This document shows positions 59,101 to 63,799 of a stretch of 63,799 nt of DNA, one piece after another. Position 1 is the stretch's first letter. Each line of letters begins with the position of its first letter. Both the position numbers and the translations under genes were made by a program. The notes below the pieces were generated by a model. That model ran no database searches, was not told where the DNA came from, and saw only the letters and a program-made list of their open reading frames with translations. This DNA comes from Elusimicrobiota bacterium (GTDB lineage Bacteria > Elusimicrobiota > UBA8919): the NCBI GenBank assembly GCA_016218625.1, contig JACRDL010000045.1:1-63799 (forward strand), in the 5' to 3' direction.

Positions 59101-60652
59101 GAACATAGTAGAGGACGGCGGGACGAATGTATTGAGTTACAACTGGACAAGTTTGAGTCCGAATACTGAGTATTATTTCCGAGTCAGAGCCAGAAATGGC
59201 GATGGAATTCCGACTAATTTTGATGTAACAATACAAACAGTTACACTGCCAGCACCTGTCAGTGCACCCGATGCACCGACGGGTCTTGCGGCAACTGAAG
59301 TGACGAATTCGTCAATCAAATGGGTATGGACTGATGTTGCAAACGAACAGGGATATTATTTGCAAACCAGCACTGGGGGATTTGTATCCTCACTTTCGGC
59401 TGATGTTGTAAGTTATTCCGAAACCGGGCTTACACCGAACACGCAATACAGCCGTTATTTGGAAGCATATAACGCCGGCGGAATAAGTACATCAACCGTT
59501 GTTTCAAAATACACACTTGCAAGTACTCCGACAAGTTTTCTCTGTTCTTCAAAGGACTTCAACTGGATTTCACTTTCTTGGTCGGCGAATAGCAATTCGC
59601 CCGCTACAATTTACGAACTATATCGTTCTACTGATAATGCTTCATTCGGCTTGATAAATCAAGCCACTACAACTGTTCATTTGGATACGGGATTGGCGCA
59701 ACTTACGACATACTATTACCGTCTGTATTCGGTTAATGCGGAAAGTATTAAAACGGGTCCTGCGGAACTTACGGTTCAGACGCTTAACTCTGTCATCAAA
59801 GGGCCGATTTCAGGAAAAGTGACTCAGGCGAACGGAACTGTCGCGTTTCCGGTTTTAGTACAATTGTTCAATAATGATGGCACAATAAAAATAGCAGAGA
59901 CATTTAATAAGTCCGACGATGGCAGTTATTTGTTTGAGAATCTTGACGACGGGATTTATCAAGTTAAGTGCAGTTGGCTTGTCAACGAAATTGAGTCGGT
60001 GGTTTATAAAACGGACATTCCCGAAAACAGCAAGGATGTTTTATTCACGCTTGAAATAAAGTATGATGTGGCGTTCCTGTCTGGCAAAATTACGCTCGGA
60101 AGCAAAGCGAATTTTGTAACAGGGAGATTTGCCCCAGCTCAACAGCCGTTTGTTGAACTTTTACAGAGAGGAAGGGTGATAGCGAAAATAGATGCGGACA
60201 CTTCCGGCAATTACACGATACCCAATTTACTGCCCGGAAAATATGTTGTGAGAGCGTTTAACGGCGTTCAGATGTCCGAGCCGTCTGAAATAAAAGTTGC
60301 CGAAGGCGAAAAGATAATGCTTAATTTCAGGTGGGCGCTGGGACTTCAGGACAGCGAAGTTTATGCATATCCGAATCCGTGCAAGGACTCTGTAACAGTA
60401 CGATATAAAGCAAATACCAACCACACTGCAACTTTGAGAATCTATAATATCGCAAGTGAACTTGTAAAAACAATTAAAGGTGACGGTTCTGATTTCCGAA
60501 AAGGTTCTAATTATAAAATTCCGTGGAATTTAGAAAACGACGACGGTTCAGAAGTTGCTTCCGGAATTTATATCTACATTCTTGAACTTAAAGAGACCGG
60601 CGATGACGGCGAAAAAGCGACGGTGAAGAAAAAAATAGCGGTGATAAAATGA
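50159..60652 (+). CDS. giant (3,497 aa) multidomain surface protein. Domain order: beta-propeller glycosidase-like, FN3, parallel beta-helix (PbH1), Ig-like, FN3, CarboxypepD_reg-like, then a T9SS/FlgD-Ig-type C-terminal domain.
   Basis: Repeated W-x-K-Y-S-G-N-P-(I/V)-L blades. NNTISNNSCYSN..GIYF beta-helix repeats. Many LSWTSPG-type FN3 domains. C-terminus YAYPNPCKDSVTV...SGIYIYILE. The start is uncertain (ATG 50159 or GTG 50291). Confidence 0.85.
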   Translation: MKNSMKTRTVPIISLCSRRVYSAFLSLRAIAKVVIARAKPVAISVFVLRQFRVLFRVCSAVLIISSVPISLYAWVKYSGNPILIHENVGARFPTTLKENNTYYLFYGELNVGDNAMWVNLATATAVTGPYGKYGTVHNINLQTWMSHAVYPGCVLKVATTYFMYYHGDDANLDPNRYIGVSTSTNLYNWSPHYNNPVLSTGLAGSPDSQMATNPSVIYKDSQFIMWYIGYNGSVNSVCRSTSTDGYNWEKYSGNPVLSPNGEEVNIEDVSVIFDTATAKYRMLYDKADNNIRYAESTDGINWVKKSNNPVLVGGPSAWDAQRSVMANFLKDATTGYVMWYWGYPNEDIGFANNPEPDAITNLSALTGQNFNEIKLSWTSPGANYDLDSLPSGSQYKIQYSSYSINWSTASANLTISTSAVSPGSLQSYTLTGLIGGATYYIRIWTGDETPSWSDLSNDATAQAKPDNTPPAGISNLTALKGANAGQIVLQWTSPGDDGTVGNLTGQFEIEYTTGGIITNANYYSPPPQMTSISISTSNLAPLTACTTTLYNLSPGATYYFAIKSKDDVNNISVWNSSADVSGVNTAAFLYIPFIAKSMFTGNWNVPGTWEGNAVPWANQGVEIKSGNTVTFSTTNASVTCSTLTILGTLQFDGAVANRSMVVAGNIDIQNGGQFLMPPNTGYISTLKIRCDTAGQYGIIVNNGGKFDVQGNTTTTPSTRNCLIASDNPSYKTYIRNLSLTEANFNMYYVEVSSVGVDATSKGGITFDGAGTRGKINYCSIHNGYIGIYLNSSSSNTISNNNCYSNTQYGIYFYNSSNNTISNNSIYANSYYGIYFYNSSNNTISNNSCYSNSQNGIYIDSSSNNTLNNNSCYSNTLYGIYFVGSSNNIMSNNNCYSNAQSGIVSGNNSINNTAVKCELSNNTNSDIQYINGSVSKLTLKNCNLYSSTKVNTTGINTAGSYLVSYNQDGTQGTTKIWGDYHIGTGQALSLQKFNYAEPLYVSTATLPNSTLSGTGSITYPTTISSQTLTEFWEVKFNGSSFDVRRGTWSVLTNDGTASAAGVPYTSTTRGVSFAANGTFILNDAFYFVTISSSADMNVQKKLEFSDSPIGTKLTVDNGGTIQMLGTSANPTISTNAVGSTYYGFQSSGTLNLSNYDIFNLKSSGLEIYPNANVVDLSTGTFDNSQGGAGSSCINVNGITSNKTFYGCKFNAPADYNVKADGAGINWTFLNWSGVRAGENYDYETNGAQIKWDATPPTITDLQGGDDVVRNAGGTAYNVDFNDNDKLDTIQYRVTTLPSISGGGTEIIPWTNIAVNIGASSYTTDWQVNFAALQSLPTTNYVSVRVWDVAGNTTTVNDVFYVMKDTVPPTSGVSSPVDAINVQTLTTISGTCADNYSVGNVNIQIKRFSDGQYWDGVSKVWTTVMWNAASSTYPSWWTYTPLTDAYLTPGTSYQIRTFAVDTLNNNETPGAGITFTYKTKKTISSGNWTDAATWSGGQQPLDGDAVFLKPSWAVTLNANTSNLYSLTIEDGAKLGNTSYQINISSFDGGGIYNYGTLDYNTSGALNMKGNKVVVSTATSQQICNDFYVLTGATITLQSDITVGGIRIENGGKLDSASKQITLKTGSWNMLSGGTFLAGSSTVTFAGGTGSPQDINFLSNLPQNFANLRINNGFSVVPYGALDINGDFTIQSGTFVAGNFEHFISSNFTQTGGGFEANTSTITFDGSGLRTISVLAGTSFYCLKNTGITGSTLRPLSNLDINGDFTHAGTGSFDFGNYTYNFAGKVSVLSGASYGGSSKWIYDGITQQIGHTSGDIIIVKNPAVLKFTATPLLRSINIDPGCSVDATGLNLQLRESFTSSGTFINSGSTVTFETYSGNGSIWTVASSTFNNVTIQKPSITDIVTALTSLNIGGWLKVNSGTLNMGSTIHTIQGNTTISGIQSRLDIGSSTTTLVGAVNVLNGGTLLLPNATPNPVLKLGVPGANYLNVDSGGFFISQSSNNLITSTNPGGTRYTFKCYASTLNITGATFESPCWEDDALFISSDTKIVNLNNVNFKSLVSTSRAITLGYTTIPGTFTFTGHQFDSTVNTNVNAPNLTSGIVVMQDATGAKAGAAYEWDNNDRVFWQPGDSISVVKPAGGEIYVVGTSTPILWNTNGSIKNVRLEYSKDDFATAGIFIANVSTSASFGSYNWTIPNDVSATVKVRVSALNYSAIYSNSTSNFTIQQPVAAPSNLKVSLLGTTSIQWQFTDNATNETGLYISSGANVSMRLSNNLGPLTGTGLTTSWFEINLSTNTQYTRYAEAVNAGGSSWSAVISSYTAAAVPKGTKIIARSSYSVELDWQPNGNPEPGTGYDVWSSSVSDFYNYTAVGASTTSYVVANLLANTTYYFRVHAMNEDLVQTDDDITISTQTLKAQASKLVVVAPGETFTDGVGKAGAPTSQTAGVSFTITVNAVGITNWIDPTANQITTVTTTDNYDTEPINRQLQNGTTTFDITLVTAKVSSVTASATGITAGSSYLNVVAGLPSKLQVLVPGETVVSGSATGKTGTPNNQQSGAAFNITVNVVDSYWNLVTSTQPTVKIVTSDPVDTEPINRQLQNGTTTFMVTLITLGNTTITASDVSSTLTQDISPSITVNTESTPPTVAIIEPANNSYKNSLTSISGTAADNVSVSSVTIRISDGSQDWDGVSAWTVPSIWLGATLYPSSWTYTSVPSWVSGSSYTVIAKSKDSSDNWSTAYSTNTFTYDTTAPTSAVVNPADGSTISSLGTISGTATDNVGLNKVEVAFMRLSDNQYWTGGAGWSVETWLSATGTNPWQYTGITNGDLTDNTSYQIISKATDLANNVETPGARIKFTYLQPPNAPTAFTISDRGTNYLYWGWFDNSTNESGFRLRNSTGGLVAELSVNTTYYLESGLSVNTSYYRYVESYNANGSSASTAATYYTSANPPSGTSVVSVSSVVISLTWSSNSNPAWTDFFVQRATSSDFGNIVEDGGTNVLSYNWTSLSPNTEYYFRVRARNGDGIPTNFDVTIQTVTLPAPVSAPDAPTGLAATEVTNSSIKWVWTDVANEQGYYLQTSTGGFVSSLSADVVSYSETGLTPNTQYSRYLEAYNAGGISTSTVVSKYTLASTPTSFLCSSKDFNWISLSWSANSNSPATIYELYRSTDNASFGLINQATTTVHLDTGLAQLTTYYYRLYSVNAESIKTGPAELTVQTLNSVIKGPISGKVTQANGTVAFPVLVQLFNNDGTIKIAETFNKSDDGSYLFENLDDGIYQVKCSWLVNEIESVVYKTDIPENSKDVLFTLEIKYDVAFLSGKITLGSKANFVTGRFAPAQQPFVELLQRGRVIAKIDADTSGNYTIPNLLPGKYVVRAFNGVQMSEPSEIKVAEGEKIMLNFRWALGLQDSEVYAYPNPCKDSVTVRYKANTNHTATLRIYNIASELVKTIKGDGSDFRKGSNYKIPWNLENDDGSEVASGIYIYILELKETGDDGEKATVKKKIAVIK
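50170..50200. repeat. 31-nt direct repeat, copy 2 (5' end of the giant ORF)
   Basis: TATGAAAACCAGAACCGTCCCGATAATTTCC. Confidence 0.9.
50201..50339. repeat. composite of a TGTAG hairpin, two GTCATTGCGAG half-elements and GTTCCGCG words, all within the giant ORF's 5' end
   Basis: TTTGTAGTCGCAGAG-ttta-CTCTGC. GTCATTGCGAGCG and GTCATTGCGAGGGCGAAGCCCGTGGCAATCTC. GTTCCGCGTTCTGTTCCGCG. Confidence 0.8.
52531..52870 (+). repeat. five tandem ~69-nt coding repeats (23-aa PbH1 beta-helix coils)
   Basis: SSSNTISNNNCYSNTQYGIYFYN-type units are repeated at both the DNA and protein level. Confidence 0.85.
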
Positions 60653-62478
60653 AAAAAATAATTTCTAATTTTATTAGTAGCGGCAAAGCGATAGCTTTGC
60701 TTGGCAGAGCGGCGTTTATCCCGATGATTATATCGGGACTCTGCGGCTACATTTATGGGTTAGAAATAAAATCCGTGTCTGTGACAGACCAATTAGGTGC
60801 TGTAAGAAGCAACTATTCCAATACAGAAAAATTAAATTTCAATGTAACGGTGTATAATTCCGCCGTAGTTGACAGAATCTCTTTTAAGTTTGCAATATAT
60901 GACCCCGCCGGAGTTGTTAGGTTTACTCACACAGGCAATTCAATTCCGGGAACTATAGGTTCCGGCGGCTCGTCGGTGAAATATATTCCCATCACTAATT
61001 TTTTCTCAACCAGCGGGAATTACAAATTAGTCGTCACTGCAAACACCGTTTCAAAAGAGGCATCTTTTTCCGTCTACGCTCCTAACATCACGCCGACATA
61101 CCCTTCAAATTACGCTCGGGACTTAACTGATAAACCACTTGTTTTCAGGTGGGTGGCATCCGGCGCTGCAAAATACAAAATATATGTGGCTCTTGATGCG
61201 GCATTTTTCAATACTATACTTACCGACGAAACGGCGCTTTTGCAGTTCAGTTATCCCGATAATCCCGTTGATGTGAGGCAGAAACTTTCCGCCGGCACCG
61301 TCTATTACTGGAAAGTTGAGGGGCTGGATGCCGCAGGAAACATAGTCGCAAAAATGTCGTCGCCTTCAAATTTTACTATAAAGTCAACAGCGATAACCAT
61401 TACCGCAAAAGACCTAATTGTTTTGGATATTATTCCGACGCCTTATCAGCCGAAAGTGACAGTCAGCATAAAAAATCAGGGCGGGAAACAGGAGAACTCA
61501 ATTCCGCTCTCATTATACTTAAACGGTATGCTTGTCGGCACTCAAAACATAGACATGATTTCCGTGGGTGAGACAAAATCGCTCAATTTCCTGACAAATA
61601 TTTCGGGGCTGGTTATCGCGATGGCGTCTTTGACTTTTGAGGATGATAATGTAAAAAATAATAGTTTGACTAAGCAGATAAATATCTTTACGCCTGTTGT
61701 TGTTTCAACCGCTCCTGCAGTAGTTGAAAAAGCGAAGATACTGGGCACGGTGATGACTATGGACGGCAAAAAACTTCCCGATGTCGTTATCAAGTACGAT
61801 GGTCCTTCAAAAGGAACGGTTCTGACAAACTATGGCGGCGAGTATAAACTGGACGATTTATCGCTCGGAGAATACAAACTTACCGTCTCTGCAAGCGGAT
61901 ATATTGAAGCGGAAAGCATTGTTAAAGTGGACAAATTAAAAGCATATACGAATGTTGATTTCAAACTGCAATCGGTTGAAATCGCCAAACAGGAAGAGGC
62001 GCCTGCTGCCGGAATTATCAAAGGGCTTGTGGCTGATGAAAATAAAAAAGGACTCGCGGAAATGGAGATTGTTCTTCTGAAAAAAGACAAAAATGGCAAA
62101 CTTGGGGAATACCAAAACATTGTTTCCGATAAAAACGGTTATTATAAGTTTTTAGATGTGCCCGAAGGCGATTATGTTCTGTCGGTCAAAAACGATACTT
62201 ATGAAAATGTGGAAATCCCGGTTGAGTTAAAGGACGGAAAAACTGAGATAAAGGATATAAAGTTGGTTGTCAAAAAAGAGGAAGTTGCTGACTACTCAAA
62301 GGACTCAAAAAAATTGTGGGCAAAACTGAAAGAGTTCATCAAAGACGAAAAAATATTATCTCAATTAGACGGTTACGAAATATCTGGCGTAGAAACAAAA
62401 GCGGATGTCAATAAAATAATTTCCGAATTGGAAGAAGGCAATGCAAAGATAGTCGGTGCGGAAATCACAGCGGAGTAA
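60649..62478 (+). CDS. secreted/anchored protein with Ig/FN3-like, CARDB-like and two CarboxypepD_reg-like domains
   Basis: ATGA overlap with the giant gene stop. CARDB-like VTVSIKNQGGKQENSIPLSLYLNG. GEYKLTVSASGY and GDYVLSVKNDTY are carboxypeptidase-regulatory-like. Confidence 0.55.
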   Translation: MKKIISNFISSGKAIALLGRAAFIPMIISGLCGYIYGLEIKSVSVTDQLGAVRSNYSNTEKLNFNVTVYNSAVVDRISFKFAIYDPAGVVRFTHTGNSIPGTIGSGGSSVKYIPITNFFSTSGNYKLVVTANTVSKEASFSVYAPNITPTYPSNYARDLTDKPLVFRWVASGAAKYKIYVALDAAFFNTILTDETALLQFSYPDNPVDVRQKLSAGTVYYWKVEGLDAAGNIVAKMSSPSNFTIKSTAITITAKDLIVLDIIPTPYQPKVTVSIKNQGGKQENSIPLSLYLNGMLVGTQNIDMISVGETKSLNFLTNISGLVIAMASLTFEDDNVKNNSLTKQINIFTPVVVSTAPAVVEKAKILGTVMTMDGKKLPDVVIKYDGPSKGTVLTNYGGEYKLDDLSLGEYKLTVSASGYIEAESIVKVDKLKAYTNVDFKLQSVEIAKQEEAPAAGIIKGLVADENKKGLAEMEIVLLKKDKNGKLGEYQNIVSDKNGYYKFLDVPEGDYVLSVKNDTYENVEIPVELKDGKTEIKDIKLVVKKEEVADYSKDSKKLWAKLKEFIKDEKILSQLDGYEISGVETKADVNKIISELEEGNAKIVGAEITAE

Positions 62479-62482
62479 AAAA

Positions 62483-63514
62483 ATGAAAAATAGAAAGTTC
62501 GGAGTTCGGAGTTCGGAGTTCATAGTTCGTAGAATCTTGTTGATTTTGCTTTTAACTATGAACTATGAACTATCAACTATCAACTGTCTCCATTCTGCCC
62601 AGATGGCAGGCGTTATTACAACCATAAAGGAAGATGTCCATGTATTGCCCTATCAGAAAAACATCTGGCAGCCGTCAAAAGTCGGGGCGTTTCTTTACGA
62701 AGGCGACACGGTAAAAACATTGAAAAACTCTCAGGCAGCGATAACTTTAACAAATGGCGTGGTAATAAAACTAAACCAAAATACGGAGTTTTCTTTTGAT
62801 GTAAACAGTTCAATTGAAAAAATATCTTCACAGATAAAAATGAAAGCGGGACAGATTTGGTCAAAAGTGCGTCCCAAAACAAAATTTGAAATTCACACGC
62901 CCGTTGCAATTGTTGCGGTAAGAGGAACGGAGTTTGATGTAAATTACGGGGCAGGTAAACTGAAACTTAAGGTCTACAAGGGTATGGTCAACTTAAAAAA
63001 TAAATTCGGAAATGTGAACGTGAAAGAAGGGAAAGAAGCATCGGCAGGGGATGAAGGTGTGCCTGAGCCGCCGAAAGACAGCGAAGGAGAAGAGAAAAAA
63101 TGGGACGACGAAATAGTGTCCAAGGGCTCACTTAAAATAGAAACGAAAACCGCAAAACCGGTTACGGATAAAGCATTTGAAATAGCGGTTTCTGTTTATG
63201 ATGCGGATAATAAATTGGACAAAACGGCAAAGCCCGAGATCACAATTAAATCTGATATAGCAGAAATGTCCTTTTCTTCCGACGGTGCAAATTGGATCAA
63301 CGAACTCAAAACAGAAGGTGTCTCAGAAGGTGTCATAAAACTTTTCGCAAAAACATCTGCAGCCGGCGTCAGTTCAATTATTGCCTCATCAGACGGCTAC
63401 ACAGCCGGACAAATCAGTATAACAGCCATCCCAGCCAAAACAAAAAACCTCAAAGTGAAAGTCACCTCATCAACCGGTGACGACGAACTCCTCCTCAAAT
63501 TCAAGAAGAAATAA
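62483..63514 (+). CDS. FecR-domain protein with a C-terminal Ig-like domain
   Basis: GDTVKTLKNSQAAITLTNGVVIKLNQNTEFSF...IHTPVAIVAVRGTEFDV. Leader ends CLHSAQ. Confidence 0.6.
   Translation: MKNRKFGVRSSEFIVRRILLILLLTMNYELSTINCLHSAQMAGVITTIKEDVHVLPYQKNIWQPSKVGAFLYEGDTVKTLKNSQAAITLTNGVVIKLNQNTEFSFDVNSSIEKISSQIKMKAGQIWSKVRPKTKFEIHTPVAIVAVRGTEFDVNYGAGKLKLKVYKGMVNLKNKFGNVNVKEGKEASAGDEGVPEPPKDSEGEEKKWDDEIVSKGSLKIETKTAKPVTDKAFEIAVSVYDADNKLDKTAKPEITIKSDIAEMSFSSDGANWINELKTEGVSEGVIKLFAKTSAAGVSSIIASSDGYTAGQISITAIPAKTKNLKVKVTSSTGDDELLLKFKKK
62496..62585. repeat. GTTCGGA/AACTATGA-word hairpin encoding the leader peptide
   Basis: (GTTCGGA)x3-GTTCATA-GTTCGTA pairs with AACTATGAACTATGAACTATCAACTATCAACT. Confidence 0.85.
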
Positions 63515-63520
63515 TGCCTT

Positions 63521-63628
63521 TGTAGTAGCGAGGTCTCCTCGCTGTTTTGTAGTTGCCTGATTTATCAGGCATAATGGCGCTCAATAAAATTGAGCAACTA
63601 CATTTAGGCAGGGAGACCCTGCCACTAC
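63521..63628. repeat. nested four-hairpin palindrome built from TGTAGT/ACTACA modules
   Basis: TGTAGT-[AGCGAGG tct CCTCGCT]-TGTAGT-[TGCCTGA ttta TCAGGCA]-[GCTCAAT aaa ATTGAGC]-ACTACA-[GGCAGGG aga CCCTGCC]-ACTAC. Confidence 0.85.
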
Positions 63629-63674
63629 CTTTAACCTTTAATTTTAATTTTTAACCTGTCGGTGAATTCAACCA

Positions 63675-63799
63675 TTAAGTGCAACAGTGCGAATTGAAAA
63701 CCTCGTTTGGAGTAGAGAACCCGAGACATTTTCTCGGTCTGTTGTTGAGCCAAGATTCGACCTTTGAAATATCAGCATCAGAAATAATATCAAAATTAG
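63675..63799 (-). mobile_element. IS30-family transposase, C-terminal 40 codons (rest outside window)
   Basis: The minus strand reads NFDIISDADISKVESWLNNRPRKCLGFSTPNEVFNSHCCT-stop. LNNRPRK.LG..TP.EVF is the IS30 C-terminal signature. Confidence 0.65.

Noticed and set aside
51475-59236. Many 60-130-aa ORFs in alternative or antisense frames inside the giant gene (for example 53753-54154 and 55579-55911)
   Set aside because: They lie wholly inside a 10.5-kb ORF with coherent domain structure. They have no independent start signals or recognisable families, so they are expected by chance.

Overview
AT-rich 63.8-kb contig from an apparently uncultivated diderm, probably anaerobic bacterium. The lineage call rests on OmpA-type proteins, outer-membrane (OM) barrels, an Rnf complex and a T9SS/FlgD-Ig-type C-terminal sorting domain. 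It is not assignable from sequence alone and may be an FCB-group or candidate phylum. Almost all genes are on the + strand and tightly packed. Recognisable content, in order:
- thiL-tsaE-tsaB-rimI, interleaved with four large polytopic GT-C/YfhO/SpeE-like membrane proteins
- TPR and MBL-fold secreted proteins, and a PHP-only DnaE-like protein
- a CDF transporter, an HD-GYP protein, an RCK K+ channel, yajQ and crcB-DUF190
- an MFS transporter on the minus strand
- apbE followed by a complete rnfCDGEAB operon and rseC
- two LemA modules (M48 peptidase; TPM protein) and an ankyrin-lipoprotein islet
- ispE and spoVG
- an orphan rotor-stator cluster: OM barrel, FliF/FliG fusion, MotA, MotB, a MotB paralog and a TPR protein
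- nucleotidyltransferase and MNT/HEPN toxin-antitoxin modules
- a 3,497-aa surface protein with two accessory genes, and the 3' end of an IS30-type transposase

I recognised no rRNA, tRNA or CRISPR.

Two things stand out. First, the FliF-FliG fusion plus MotA and two MotB genes sits with no other flagellar genes in 64 kb, next to a giant adhesin. Second, the window is saturated with structure-defined palindromic elements. These include hairpins whose arms are degenerate tandem 'words', TGTAG-hairpin modules and GTCATTGCGAGG-type palindromes. They punctuate operons, encode signal peptides, and sit in frame inside conserved genes (tsaE, rnfE, rseC, rnfC).

All family calls are by-eye motif recognition and need HMM or structure confirmation.
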